Part shown: positions 9,801-20,700 of the stretch, one piece after another
Numbering within the stretch: position 1 is the first letter of the stretch
How the letters are laid out: each line of letters starts with the position of its first letter
Origin: Candidatus Bathyarchaeota archaeon
Lineage (GTDB): Archaea; Thermoproteota; Bathyarchaeia; 40CM-2-53-6; RBG-13-38-9
Direction of reading: 5' to 3'
Length of the DNA: 64,000 nt
Assembly (NCBI GenBank): GCA_963807605.1
Contig: CAWECG010000003.1
Span: 320,001-384,000, forward strand
The notes under the pieces: generated by a model
What the model was told of the DNA's origin: nothing
Databases searched by the model: none
The model's input: only the letters and a program-made list of their open reading frames with translations
Position numbers and translations under genes: made by a program

Positions 9801-10190
9801 TTATTCTTCTCTGATCATATGGGGGCAGACGTACGGACTACAGTTTCTCCTCTTTGTCCTGCAGAATCCACCTTTGCTGTGCTTGCATATTTGCTTGAGC
9901 TTGGTGAAGGTGAGGGTGACAAGGCTTGTGTGAGGTTCTTTGAGAGTGGGATCGACTTGTCGCCTGAGTTTTGGGGTCAAAGTGTAACTGTATTTCGGTC
10001 TACCACGTCTATTTTCAACCTTTTCTGTTCTTAGAATTAAGCCTTCATTTATCAAGCGTTGCAGGTGACGCTTCAACGTATTATGGGAGAGCCCACTTTT
10101 GGCAAGGATCTCTTTGAAAGTCTTTGCTGAGCCGTCTTTCAGTGGGTCTAGGATAAGCCGATCTAAGGAATCCATACCATCAAGATACAA
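9801..10190 (-). CDS. Winged HTH transcriptional regulator with C-terminal Cys cluster
   Basis: GLSHNTLKRHLQRL...RGRPKYSY; C-terminal C...GGFC....C....CP. Confidence 0.7.
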   Translation of the reverse strand: MYLDGMDSLDRLILDPLKDGSAKTFKEILAKSGLSHNTLKRHLQRLINEGLILRTEKVENRRGRPKYSYTLTPKLRRQVDPTLKEPHTSLVTLTFTKLKQICKHSKGGFCRTKRRNCSPYVCPHMIREE

Positions 10191-10288
10191 AAAGACGAAT
10201 ATTAAAAGCCATTTTTAGCCATTTTTGCAAGAAGCTCGCGCACACGAGGTAGACATATAAGGACGGATTTCCCTTTGCGATAGTGTAG

Positions 10289-11680
10289 GTGTTCAATTTG
10301 AGTGATGAAAAACCTAGCGAAGAAAAGAAGGTTGAAGAGAAGACGACTGAAGAGAAGAAGAATATTACTAGACGTGCCTATCTGAAATACGCTGGCGGCA
10401 TTGTTGCTGTGGGTGTGATAGCTGCTGCTGGATACGGAGCTTACCAGTTTTACGGAAAGCCTGCGACCCCAACTGGCACTACTCCAACTCCAACTATGAC
10501 AAGCACTGGCGGCCAGAAACTGACAGTGAAAGTTGGTGGAACCAAGCCTCTAACCGGCGTTGTGTCTCTATTCGGTATAGATGAAGATCGTGGGTTGACA
10601 ATCTGGGCGAATAAGTGGGTCAACGACAAAGGTGGGATAAAGGCTGGAGACGGAAACACGTACATGGTCGATTTGGATATCTACAATGATGAGTCAAAGC
10701 CTGAGAATGTCAGCAGATTCTATGAGAAACTGATCAGCGAGGATAAAGTCGACTTCCTGGTGGGCCCTGTTTGGGGGCCTCTTGGCCAAGCAACGGTTGC
10801 TACAGTGGAGAAGTATCATAAACTGGAGATATGGGGAGAGTCTACCTTTGACCCGTCACTGTGGAAAGACTGGAAATATTGCATGATGGTGCAGACTAAC
10901 GGAAGCGAGTATCTGAACAGTCTAAACGACATGATCATCAGCAAGATCCTCCCCCAAGATCCTACTGCAAGTAACATAGCGATAGTTTACACCGACGACG
11001 CGTTTGGAAACGTAGCTGGAACATATGGTCTTGCGTATGCGAAGAAGCAATCTCAGCTTAACATAGTCTTCAATGAGAAGGTGTCTTTTGACTCAACAGA
11101 TTTTACTCCGGTACTCACAAGGGTCAAAGCGGCTAACCCAACGATTCTATTATTCGAAGCCGGCGTTAAAGCACCGCTTGTTGCAAAGGGTGTTCGGGAG
11201 ATCGGGCTTGATCTGAAAATGCTGTACTGTGGCACAGGAGCAGTCTACCCGTCATTCTACAGCGGACTAGGCCCCAAGTATGGTGAAGACCAGGTCTCTA
11301 TAACTCAGTGGGTTGTAGGAGAGGATTACCCGGTCACTTATGGGCCGACGGAGGACTGGTTCGTTTCACAATACGAGGCTCTCTCCAGCGGCACAGCGCC
11401 CGGCTACACGTCGGGGACGGGTTTCACGCAGGGCCTTATCCTGCAAGCCGCGATGGAGAAGTGTAGTAACCCGCTGGACTCGGACGCGATGAGGCAGGCT
11501 GTCAGTGCTGTGAAATTCACCGATTTCTTCGGTGACATTGCATTCGACCCGGTGACAGGCTGGCAGACAGGCCACAAGATGTCAATCCTCCAGTGGCAGG
11601 ACGGCAACCCAGTCTGCGTCTACCCGGTTGAAAGGTCGCCGCTGAGATATCCAATGGCAAAATGGTCTACAATTAAGTAG
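10289..11680 (+). CDS. Branched-chain amino acid-type ABC transporter substrate-binding protein, Tat-like signal
   Basis: TRRAYLK + hydrophobic helix; PLTG..S.FG, N..GGI, YEKLI..DKVDFLVGP, DFTPVL, FFGDIAFD. Confidence 0.85.
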   Translation: MFNLSDEKPSEEKKVEEKTTEEKKNITRRAYLKYAGGIVAVGVIAAAGYGAYQFYGKPATPTGTTPTPTMTSTGGQKLTVKVGGTKPLTGVVSLFGIDEDRGLTIWANKWVNDKGGIKAGDGNTYMVDLDIYNDESKPENVSRFYEKLISEDKVDFLVGPVWGPLGQATVATVEKYHKLEIWGESTFDPSLWKDWKYCMMVQTNGSEYLNSLNDMIISKILPQDPTASNIAIVYTDDAFGNVAGTYGLAYAKKQSQLNIVFNEKVSFDSTDFTPVLTRVKAANPTILLFEAGVKAPLVAKGVREIGLDLKMLYCGTGAVYPSFYSGLGPKYGEDQVSITQWVVGEDYPVTYGPTEDWFVSQYEALSSGTAPGYTSGTGFTQGLILQAAMEKCSNPLDSDAMRQAVSAVKFTDFFGDIAFDPVTGWQTGHKMSILQWQDGNPVCVYPVERSPLRYPMAKWSTIK

Positions 11681-11994
11681 GCCACACTTCCCCTTTTTCT
11701 TTTTTGTTAGACGTATTGACACAGCATTGGCAATTTTCGCGTAAAATTGAAACCGTACGCCATACTGCTACCGATATGTTCTGCGAGTGCAGCGAGCAGT
11801 TTTTTTTGGGTGGTGGTGGCCATAGTTGGTGAGGGCACCTGAATTTGAACCGTTAGGTATTGATTTGTGAGTGTATCCTTAGGTGAGAGCATCTTGATTG
11901 TATTAGTCGCAGCCAGCCCTACAGAGGGAAAGGATCTCGTGTTAAATGTTGATTGCATCTATCAAAAACTGATGGAATAGGTGGCGCTTCTCAT

Positions 11995-12780
11995 ATGAGG
12001 ATCCAGTTTCTTGGTTCAGGAACTATAATTCCAACAGCCAAAAGGTCTTACGCTTCAATAATTGTGGATGTGGCTTCGGAGAAGATCCTCATGGATATCG
12101 GTCCAGCCACTCTGTACAAACTCTACAAATCTGGTTCGAAATTGGATGAGATAAATCAGTTGTTGCTGACCCACTTCCATATTGACCATGCTGCCGACTA
12201 CCTTCCACTGATACATTCCAAAGCCTTCAATCCTGAAACCGGGGAGATGGAGCCGAAAGGAACACTCACAATTTATGGACCAAAGGGTCTAATGACTTTC
12301 ACAAGGGATCTCCTTGAGAAGGTCGAGCCTTGGAACCGAGTCTCTGAAGCCATTAGTCGCAGCAGATACCTGGTTCTCTATGAAGTTAGCGCAGGCACCT
12401 TCAAGAAAGGCCCCAATTGGGCCGGAGGTGCGACCTCGGTCCAACACGCAGGCGGAGTAGCATACAGAGTAGAGAGTGAAGGCCGGTCAATCACCTACTC
12501 AGGCGATACCGTACCAGATAAGAACCTGATCGAGTTGGCAAAGCGAACAGACCTACTCATATACGAATGCTCCTTCCCAAGCAAGGATCTCCTCGTTGGT
12601 CTGCACACAACGGCTTCGGAGCTCGGGCTGATAGCCGCTGATGCGGAATGCAAAAGACTCGTGTTAACGCATCTCTATCCAGTGTGCGAAGGAAGAATAG
12701 ACGAGATGGTCAGAAGAATCTCAGAAGATTATGATGGCGAGATTATCGTCGCGGAAGACTACATGCAACTATCAGTGTAG
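11995..12780 (+). CDS. MBL-fold metallo-hydrolase (RNase Z/BN-like)
   Basis: FLGSG, DIGP, THFHIDH, YSGDT, ECSF, H, LTHLYP. Start taken at MRIQFLG. Confidence 0.8.
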   Translation: MRIQFLGSGTIIPTAKRSYASIIVDVASEKILMDIGPATLYKLYKSGSKLDEINQLLLTHFHIDHAADYLPLIHSKAFNPETGEMEPKGTLTIYGPKGLMTFTRDLLEKVEPWNRVSEAISRSRYLVLYEVSAGTFKKGPNWAGGATSVQHAGGVAYRVESEGRSITYSGDTVPDKNLIELAKRTDLLIYECSFPSKDLLVGLHTTASELGLIAADAECKRLVLTHLYPVCEGRIDEMVRRISEDYDGEIIVAEDYMQLSV

Positions 12781-12907
12781 GTCTCCGATTTCAAGACTGT
12801 CTGTGACTGATAAATATCTATGTGTTAACAGCTCAAGTGCGCGTATGCACCGAAAGTGCGTTGATCGGATTGCGGGATCCGGCGTGTACTTCTTTGTGAG
12901 CGTTGTT

Positions 12908-13960
12908 CTAGGCCCGCTCTCTTTTTGGAGGTTGGTAGATGCAATATGGCTCCTCACCTAGTACGTCACCGCTGGTTGCATATGCTCGCGCCCTGCACCC
13001 TCCACAGACCTCTTGGTAGAGGCAGCCTCCACATTTCCCCTTCAAGAGTTTCCTGTCTCTCAGTTGAAGGAATAGAGGGGATGAATTGTAGATTTCGGAG
13101 AAGGTTTTTTGCCTGATGTTGCCTGCCGAGACAGGTAGATAACCGCATCCGTAGACGTCGCCGATATGGGAGACAAAGCAGAAGCCGTCTCCTGTCATGC
13201 ATCCTCGGCCGATTCCGGTTCCATGCCTGCCCAAACTGGATGTTGCAGGGCGGTCTTGCGCCCCTTTGGTTTGGAGCAGGATACGATTGTACTGGGGTGC
13301 GCATGTCAATCTTATTGGGATCTTGGATCGGCGAGACAGATCATAAGCAAACCTAAGTACATTTTCATATTCTGTTGGAGAAACTTCCATCTCACTTGTT
13401 GCTCTTCCTGTTGGAACTAGCATGAAGATGTCCCAACATTCAGCGCCAAGATCCACCGCGAGATTATGCAGGTTATCCAAGTCGTGGAGATTGTACTTGG
13501 TGATTGTTGTAAGGATCCTGAAGAGCAATCCAGCGCTTTTTATGGACTCCACAGTCTGCATAGCCATTTTGAAAGCGCCCTCGATACCCCTGAAATTATC
13601 ATGCACAACCGGCTTCGAACCGTCTATGCTTAGCGAGACACGCCTGACGCCTGTTGAATAGATGTTCGAAGCCGTTTCTGGGGCTACATCACCATTCAGA
13701 GCTATCGCCACGTGAAACTCTCTATCCACCGCGTATCGGGCTATTTTGAAGATATCATCTCTGAGCAACGGATCCCCCCCTGTGATTATGAAGACTGGCT
13801 TTGCTATCTGCGCGATCTCGTCTATCAATTCCTTGGCTTCTTGAGTACTCAATTGTCTTGGATCAGGATGAAGTTGCGCAATAGCCCTGCAGTGCTTACA
13901 GGCAAACTTACATGCCCTCGTGGACTCCCATGCCACTAAGCGTAGTCTATCGCCGCTCAA
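12908..13960 (-). CDS. Radical SAM/SPASM protein, AhbD/AhbC (alternative heme biosynthesis)-like
   Basis: LVAWESTRACKFACKHCRA, TGGDPLLR, FMLVPTGRA, TCAPQY, GC..G.GFCFVSH.GDV..CGY, KCGGC....VCGGCRARA. Confidence 0.8.
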   Translation of the reverse strand: MSGDRLRLVAWESTRACKFACKHCRAIAQLHPDPRQLSTQEAKELIDEIAQIAKPVFIITGGDPLLRDDIFKIARYAVDREFHVAIALNGDVAPETASNIYSTGVRRVSLSIDGSKPVVHDNFRGIEGAFKMAMQTVESIKSAGLLFRILTTITKYNLHDLDNLHNLAVDLGAECWDIFMLVPTGRATSEMEVSPTEYENVLRFAYDLSRRSKIPIRLTCAPQYNRILLQTKGAQDRPATSSLGRHGTGIGRGCMTGDGFCFVSHIGDVYGCGYLPVSAGNIRQKTFSEIYNSSPLFLQLRDRKLLKGKCGGCLYQEVCGGCRARAYATSGDVLGEEPYCIYQPPKRERA

Positions 13961-14052
13961 CTTGTCTTCCTCATAAGTCGGGTTTGTAGATAATGAGTCT
14001 CAGCGCCCTTAGCGTTGGATCATGGCAGGCGATATCTGTTTCGTCTTTATCC

Positions 14053-14577
14053 TCATCCACTTTTGTCAGTGCACACGACCCCCAGTCGTTCAGCCAATTC
14101 CTTAAGCTCTGATTCTGATATCCAATCGACCCTCATATACTCGTAGATCTCTAGGTCAGAGAGCCCTATCCTTCTCGCTTCAGCAACAGCATTTGAAAAA
14201 GCCTCCAGCTCTGTGGGCCTCCTAACGTAGCTGTACTTTTGGTCGTAAAGGCCGTAACCTTGCTTGAATTGTTTGATGTGAGTCAACTCATGCACTAGAT
14301 CTAGATAGATGAATTCCTTTCTTCCTCTCCTCAAATAATCCGGGCGGATCAATAGTCTGCCGTCAACATCTCTGACTCTCATATACCATACATCGGTTGT
14401 CGTTAGCTCAAGATCCAACTCTCGGAGTTCATCGATTTCTCGTTGATCCTTGAAGAGTCTCCGAATAGCAGGTGAATCCTCAAATCCTGAAAAGATCTCC
14501 TTGAACTTATATCTGCCCGGCGTTGTGTTTCTTGATATCTTGAATCTCTTAATCGCAAAATCTTCCTCAGCGCTCAC
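14053..14577 (-). CDS. Hypothetical protein with HExxH..Q metallopeptidase-like motif
   Basis: LVHELTHIKQ ... Y..RPTELEA. Confidence 0.6.
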   Translation of the reverse strand: MSAEEDFAIKRFKISRNTTPGRYKFKEIFSGFEDSPAIRRLFKDQREIDELRELDLELTTTDVWYMRVRDVDGRLLIRPDYLRRGRKEFIYLDLVHELTHIKQFKQGYGLYDQKYSYVRRPTELEAFSNAVAEARRIGLSDLEIYEYMRVDWISESELKELAERLGVVCTDKSG

Positions 14578-14813
14578 CTTCCAACACCATCAGCGTTACT
14601 TCCGACACCGATCCAATTGATCTACCACAGGATCAGCAGAGACAGATCTGAATCAATATACAGATTCCACTCGACATATGCCCGCAGCCAGAATATTTAG
14701 TTACCTCAGGTGCTACAACAAGGTTCTTATGCCCAGAATGAAGAGAGGCAATCGTCAGAGTCTGACAGAAAAAATGTTTTCAGCAATAACATCACGAGAC
14801 GAAAGATAGTCAA

Positions 14814-15830
14814 ATGAAACGTATCATACTTCTGATAATATTCTTACAGATTCTTGAAGTTACTCCAGCCGTAAATGTCTCACTGGGCATGGCACCCTCA
14901 ACAGAACCTAAAGTCTCACTCGGCACACTCACTGTTCCTGAGAAAGTCCTGCCCAGCCAGAAGTTTGAGGTCAACATCTCAGTAACATACTCCTGTAAGG
15001 AAAGGACAATGAGCAACATCGGAATCTACGACTTCAGCTCTGAAATGATCAGCGAGCCCAGAGTGTTTTTCCTCGAAGGGAACGGTTCCAAGTCCTTTCT
15101 ATTCAACTTCCAAGCTGCCCCCACGGAGAGTGAGCTGAAGTACGAGGCTCTATTGAGATATTGGTACCAGGGGGGATGGATTTATGAAAACAAGTCGCTC
15201 CAACAACCCTTCTCCGTAAATGTTACTGATGAGATACGAATGAGCATAATTCTACCCGAGCCTGATTCGAAAATCAAGATAGATGAAATGGAAAACCACA
15301 CAGATAGTTACGGAGTCTTCACAAGTACTGTGAAGCCGGGAAGGCATCTGATCAACGTTCCCAGAGAGATAAACTTGACAAAAGATTCGAGGTTGATTTT
15401 TCTGCGTTGGAGCGACGGCTCAACAAGCAACCCTACAGTGGCTGAAATTCAAGGGGATACAAATCTAACTGCCCAATACGAGACTGAATACTACCTGACT
15501 GTCAGGTCAGATTTTGGAGAGACTCAAGGCGAAGGTTGGTATCCTTCAGGATCAACTGCAACCTTCTCAGTTCCAAGGTCAGTACGAAATTCCATTCTGA
15601 ATCCTTTTGAAGAAAACGTCTTCGAGAAATGGAGCGGAGACTCAGATGCTCTGACACCTACCGCCCAGATCACGATGACTTCTCCAAGAAATGTTGTAGC
15701 TCAGTGGCAAGTATGTCAGACGTCTAACATTGTCATTTCAATCATCCCAATTGCGTTGATCGTCATGATCATCGACACTGGAATACTTGCATACATCGTT
15801 CTTAGAAGGAGGCGTTCAGGGCGTGGTTAG
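14814..15830 (+). CDS. Membrane-anchored surface protein with Ig-like and bacterial-repeat-like domains
   Basis: Signal peptide, YYLTVRSDFG..QGEGWY..GSTATF, F..WSGD, C-terminal TM followed by RRRR. Confidence 0.7.
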   Translation: MKRIILLIIFLQILEVTPAVNVSLGMAPSTEPKVSLGTLTVPEKVLPSQKFEVNISVTYSCKERTMSNIGIYDFSSEMISEPRVFFLEGNGSKSFLFNFQAAPTESELKYEALLRYWYQGGWIYENKSLQQPFSVNVTDEIRMSIILPEPDSKIKIDEMENHTDSYGVFTSTVKPGRHLINVPREINLTKDSRLIFLRWSDGSTSNPTVAEIQGDTNLTAQYETEYYLTVRSDFGETQGEGWYPSGSTATFSVPRSVRNSILNPFEENVFEKWSGDSDALTPTAQITMTSPRNVVAQWQVCQTSNIVISIIPIALIVMIIDTGILAYIVLRRRRSGRG

Positions 15831-17625
15831 GTTGGAAGTAGTGTTAACCCTCACGATCATAATGATCTTGTTGCCTTTCAACGCTGCAACGGCTGAGACT
15901 CCTCACAGAGAGGCTTCCATTGAAAAGATAGTTGGTTACAGTTGGTATTATTGGCCTAAGCCCGAGTCCGATTCTTGCATTTTGTGGCTGGGGGGCGGTC
16001 AAACTCTGCCCAGCTATGTTACGGTAAACCCGTACAGATTAGAGTCCTTGAATACCATGCGTTTCATAGACGATCTGTCGAGACGATATGGTATGCTGGC
16101 CCTAAGTGAAGGGGAGATTACGTATGGAACTGATAGCAAGCTTGTGTCTAAAATATGCGCGTGGATCCGAGACGCTGGCTACAAGTTTGCATTTGTCGTA
16201 GGGTACTCAACTGGAGGCAACGCACTCGCATATGAACTTACAATCCCTGAGCAGAATGAGGTCGGCCCAGACGGTGCTATAGTAATTAGCTCGATGTTAA
16301 ATTGGGAACAGATGTTCGAGCAGCACACAACATCAAGTGGTATCGAACTCTACATGAGCGCTCACAACGCTGGAAACGTCCGAAGCAGCATACTTCTGAT
16401 GTACGGTGATGTAGCATGGTTCTGGCACCAGGGAGAAGAGTACTATAGAAACCTTCCCAATGAAGGATGGACTGGGAAACACTGGTTTCTCAAAGACTGG
16501 AGACTCCTGAAGGGTGTCGAACATGAAGTCTTTACCCTAGAGACCGACGGATCTTATGATACAAAACCTCTTGCTATAGCGATAGATTTCATGGAAAGAG
16601 TCAGAGCCTCTAGTTTGAAGAGTATGGAAGGTCTTGTACCTGAAGCACTCCTGCCAGCATCCACGAATAAAACCGGCATGAACAATATTCAGACTTCTTA
16701 TCCCGCGAATGTCCGCGCATACGAACCCTTCCAGATCAACGTGACAATCTCAAATATCGAAGCGGGAGGATTGGGAAAAGTTGCACTCTACGACGAAGAC
16801 ATGCAGTCGTTTGTGACCGTAGCGGAGGGAAATTCCGACAATGCGACACAGTACTCTCTTCCAGTAGTCTGTGTCATGAATCAATCTGTGAGGTGGCTAG
16901 TAGCCGTAGCAATAACAGGCCGGGACGATCCTGGGCGAATTCTTGGAGTCTCAGCGCCCATGCAGATAAGCGTTGAAGACAGACCATTACTCAAGGTTCA
17001 AACTGGGGTAGCATCACTGAGCTTCAAAATTGATGGAGAAGCCTACAACACAGACAATGACGGCATTCTGGAAGTATTTCTAGAAAGAGGAAACCATACG
17101 ATCGAACTTCCCCAAACAGTTCAAATCTCCCAGAATGAAAGGTTGCTCTTCATATCTACGTTAGGTGGTATAGGAAATAACACAATCGAACTGTCTCTGG
17201 ACAAAGATTTCTCAATCGATGCCAGATACAAGACTCAGTACCTCCTAACGGTTGACTCTGAATACGGAACCCCCCAAGGCGGCGGATGGTATGATGCAAA
17301 TAGTACCGCAATTGTAGCTGTGAATACTAGTCTCCAAAAGCCGTCTGATGCAGAGGAGAATCTTGTGTTTAATGGTTGGAGTGACGAGGCGAACAGTAGA
17401 AACCTGCTTCACCGGGTCTATATGGACTCACCCAAAATGATTACAGCGAATTGGACTCATCGTTCTTTGATGCAGGTAGTCGACTCAGCACCAGTCTGGC
17501 CATTCGAGGTTGCGTCAGTTGTTCTGTCGATCGCAACTGTGATTATCTATCTTTTTAGTTTACATGGGTTGAAGATATTTTCGCGCGCGATAGCAAGACT
17601 ATCCAAGATGCACAGGTCAATTTGA
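15787..17625 (+). CDS. Secreted alpha/beta hydrolase domain fused to a surface repeat domain and C-terminal TM
   Basis: GYSTGG nucleophile elbow, G.EHE; YLLTVDSEYGTPQGGGWY repeat shared with the upstream gene. True start probably ~15823. Confidence 0.65.
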   Translation: MHTSFLEGGVQGVVRLEVVLTLTIIMILLPFNAATAETPHREASIEKIVGYSWYYWPKPESDSCILWLGGGQTLPSYVTVNPYRLESLNTMRFIDDLSRRYGMLALSEGEITYGTDSKLVSKICAWIRDAGYKFAFVVGYSTGGNALAYELTIPEQNEVGPDGAIVISSMLNWEQMFEQHTTSSGIELYMSAHNAGNVRSSILLMYGDVAWFWHQGEEYYRNLPNEGWTGKHWFLKDWRLLKGVEHEVFTLETDGSYDTKPLAIAIDFMERVRASSLKSMEGLVPEALLPASTNKTGMNNIQTSYPANVRAYEPFQINVTISNIEAGGLGKVALYDEDMQSFVTVAEGNSDNATQYSLPVVCVMNQSVRWLVAVAITGRDDPGRILGVSAPMQISVEDRPLLKVQTGVASLSFKIDGEAYNTDNDGILEVFLERGNHTIELPQTVQISQNERLLFISTLGGIGNNTIELSLDKDFSIDARYKTQYLLTVDSEYGTPQGGGWYDANSTAIVAVNTSLQKPSDAEENLVFNGWSDEANSRNLLHRVYMDSPKMITANWTHRSLMQVVDSAPVWPFEVASVVLSIATVIIYLFSLHGLKIFSRAIARLSKMHRSI

Positions 17626-17741
17626 CAGTGTGAAGATTATTGTAGGCTTCCTTACTCATCTGGAGTAGCCTTTTGAACGGCAAGTTCATAATTCCCAAGC
17701 TTTAAACAGTCGCTAGGCGGAAGGAGTTTTGGCGAGACATC

Positions 17742-18293
17742 TTGGATTCAACAATCATTTCACCATTAGATTTCATCAAATCTTACAAAGACTCAGGAGT
17801 CTCAGTCCTGGTATGGAAGCCCCCTGGGAACTCAGGAACTCTTCATTCGGAAGGACTTGCCAGCAAGCTTGTTGAGAGGGGTTTCAAAGCAGAGACGCTG
17901 GCAATGCCTGAGCCGCCCCCTGGATATCCTGCTCCTTCTTACTATCCTGAGTTCACTCTGACTATTCTCGATCCGTCGATTGTCGATGCGGTTCTGGGCA
18001 TAGCTTCAGATCGCTTACAGGAGACTTTTCAAGGGGTAAGTAAGGTGACTGTAAAGATAGATGTAGTTCTAAACCAACGGTTCGTTTCTGTCGAAGCAAA
18101 TGGCGCTGCATCCGACGTTGCGAAGACCATTAAAGGTATACCGAAAATAGAGAAATTGGCGTCGTCAAACCTTGTTGCAATCGTAACACAAAACGAGTTG
18201 GACAAAACCACGGCGTCGGAATTCTGTTCGAAGTGTGGAGCGACGATCCCTGCACAATCAGAGTTCTGCTACAAGTGTGGGCAAAGACAATGA
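17742..18293 (+). CDS. Hypothetical protein with C-terminal double zinc-ribbon
   Basis: FCSKCGA......FCYKCGQ. Confidence 0.65.
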   Translation: MDSTIISPLDFIKSYKDSGVSVLVWKPPGNSGTLHSEGLASKLVERGFKAETLAMPEPPPGYPAPSYYPEFTLTILDPSIVDAVLGIASDRLQETFQGVSKVTVKIDVVLNQRFVSVEANGAASDVAKTIKGIPKIEKLASSNLVAIVTQNELDKTTASEFCSKCGATIPAQSEFCYKCGQRQ

Positions 18294-18395
18294 CTGTAAC
18301 CCGCCTCTATCAGGCCTCCAAACAATTTGAATAAAGTTTAGAAGCCGAGAGACCGTTCTCGTCACTAAAGAAATTAATTCTGGAAAAGCCGCCTT

Positions 18396-19478
18396 GTGTT
18401 TGAACGATATTTCAGAGTGATCATAATGTATTTCCTGAATGCATTTGCATTGTTTCTTGGGGGCTTGATCCCTCTACTCGCAGCTTCGAAGAAGGTACGT
18501 CTCAATCGTGGCCTTTTCCTATTGGGGTGGCTAAGTTGGGCGTGCGCAATTTCTCCCAAGATAGTCTTGACATGGGGTCTTTGGAACTTTTTCCCTTTCC
18601 TGTCCAAGCCTGACACAACCCCATACGTTCTGACGCTGCTATCCCTAGAATTGCTGGAGATTCTATCAGCTTACCTATTTCTCACGAGACACCCTCGTCT
18701 GGAGAAATTGAACCTTAATGGGCGTTTCACCTTTGCGCTAGGTTTCGGGGCTGGCGAAGCTTTCACCCTTGCAATTTCGGCATTGCTTCTTGTTGATATC
18801 TCTCCATCCTTGTCAACCATGATGGTGATGCTCGAAAGACTCTCTCTTGTAGTGACCCAGTTTGGATGGGTATCGCTGCTCGCATTCTATGTAGCAACCG
18901 ATAAAACAGTCAACTTGGCTTTGGCAGTTTTCTTCAAAATCTTTTCATCATTTATGGCTCTAACCTTGCCAATATTCTTGTTCTTGTACAGCATCTCCTT
19001 TGAGATCTCGTTAACTATCTTTGAGGGAATCTTGGCAACATTTGCTCTAATCATCTTGGTGAGTGTCTTGATTTTGCGAAAGCGGGTAGAAGACGCGGGT
19101 TCTGGGGCCACATCATTTGATTCGAGTTTCACTCTTGCGGGCATAGTTTCTTTCTGCGGTCTGGCTTTCTCAGTCGACATGTCAATTCCTCTTATTCACC
19201 TGACCCAGCCGCTGGCATTAATGACACGATATCTGATCTTCATAGTTGCAACGATGGTACTGCTTGAACTTTTTTGCTGGGCAGCCGGAAGAGCTGAATT
19301 ATCAGAAATCGCTCTAGGAGCATTCATTGGATTGTTGCTAGAGTACCTGTTCAGGCTCAACGCTGTCGGTGAATCCTTTCTCCGAGGATTGACTGTTCAG
19401 GCCATCCTTTTTTCCCCAACCTCGGCCTTCCTTGCGATATTGTCTGGGATTGCTCTTTGGAGATACGCAAGACAGTAG
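18396..19478 (+). CDS. Multi-pass membrane protein, possibly YhfC/PrsW-like intramembrane protease fold
   Basis: About 11 hydrophobic segments; GFGAGEA and ER motifs, but the catalytic set looks incomplete. Confidence 0.5.
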   Translation: MFERYFRVIIMYFLNAFALFLGGLIPLLAASKKVRLNRGLFLLGWLSWACAISPKIVLTWGLWNFFPFLSKPDTTPYVLTLLSLELLEILSAYLFLTRHPRLEKLNLNGRFTFALGFGAGEAFTLAISALLLVDISPSLSTMMVMLERLSLVVTQFGWVSLLAFYVATDKTVNLALAVFFKIFSSFMALTLPIFLFLYSISFEISLTIFEGILATFALIILVSVLILRKRVEDAGSGATSFDSSFTLAGIVSFCGLAFSVDMSIPLIHLTQPLALMTRYLIFIVATMVLLELFCWAAGRAELSEIALGAFIGLLLEYLFRLNAVGESFLRGLTVQAILFSPTSAFLAILSGIALWRYARQ

Positions 19479-19740
19479 ACCTCTACATAATTGACTGCGG
19501 CTATGCACCTTCAAATTCGATTGGACTTGCTTAACGTTCGCATGGATGAGGCTTGCTCTAAGTCAGGTTTAGCTAACTCGTAAGAACACGGTGTCACGAT
19601 TAACTGAAGTGAAGAAAGAGAACGGCTCCAGAAAAGGTCTCTCAAGCGACCCCGGATGCCGTCGTTTATTTGGCAGTCGACCCGATTTAGGATATCGTCT
19701 CCTGAGCATTAGCACTTTCAGAATCGATTTCTGATTAATT

Positions 19741-20700
19741 CTAGTCTAACCTTTTGCCCCATTTCCTCAAGACTCTGTTGATGAGCCCTAAGATGCCTTC
19801 GGGGATGAATAGTATAAGCGCTATCAAAGCAATGCCAAAGGCAATTTGAGCATAGAAGGGAAATTTGATCAGCAAAGCATCTTCTAACACATAGTATATT
19901 ACTGAACCGATTAGGGGTCCAAGTATAGTTCCAATACCGCCGAGCACCAAGCTCGCCAACATGTCAAGAACGCGACTAATTAGGAAGTAGTCAGGAAATG
20001 TATAAGCATACACTAATGTTATAACGCCGCCAGCCAGACCTGCGAAAAATGCCCCCAAAGCATACGACATGATTTTGTATCTTCGTGTGTTAACCCCCAT
20101 AGCCTCCGCGACATCCTCATCAGCCTTTATCGCTCTGAGACCATAACCCAGCCGAGACCTGTAAACGAAGTGAGTAGTCAGAAGAACAGCGAAGAAAGTT
20201 GCCAACAACATAGCAAATAGACTCTTGATGTCAAAGCTCGGAATATAACCCAAAATAGCTATGCCTCTACTTTCGCCTAATTGTTTAATATTGATTATGG
20301 TGACCCTTACAGCTTCATTTACCCCTAGCGTCGCAATCGCGAAGTAATCGCCTCTTAGTTTTAACACGGGGAATCCTATTAGCATGGCAATGCCACTTGC
20401 AAACACCCCTGCCGCAATCACGTAGACGAAGGTGGGCAATGGAGTAGCAACGAGATTAAAAGCCAATACCGCAACCACGTAGGCACCTATGCCGTAATAG
20501 ATCACGTGGCCAAAATTAATGTACCCCGAAAACCCAGTGAAGATATTCAAGCTATAGGTCAAAATCAACAATTCAATCATTGAATATAGATAAGCGGTTG
20601 TAGCATCTCCACCCACGAAACCTATGATGCCAACTACAACAGCAAAGGCGAGGCATATGGTTATACTGTTCATTCCAAAGGGATTCTTAGAGGGCATCAT
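19741..20700 (-). CDS. livM: Branched-chain amino acid ABC permease LivM
   Basis: G..GYINFGH..YYGIGAY, LRGDYFAIATLG, G..LRAI..DE.VAEAMGVN, GG.GT..GP. Confidence 0.9.
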   Translation of the reverse strand: MMPSKNPFGMNSITICLAFAVVVGIIGFVGGDATTAYLYSMIELLILTYSLNIFTGFSGYINFGHVIYYGIGAYVVAVLAFNLVATPLPTFVYVIAAGVFASGIAMLIGFPVLKLRGDYFAIATLGVNEAVRVTIINIKQLGESRGIAILGYIPSFDIKSLFAMLLATFFAVLLTTHFVYRSRLGYGLRAIKADEDVAEAMGVNTRRYKIMSYALGAFFAGLAGGVITLVYAYTFPDYFLISRVLDMLASLVLGGIGTILGPLIGSVIYYVLEDALLIKFPFYAQIAFGIALIALILFIPEGILGLINRVLRKWGKRLD

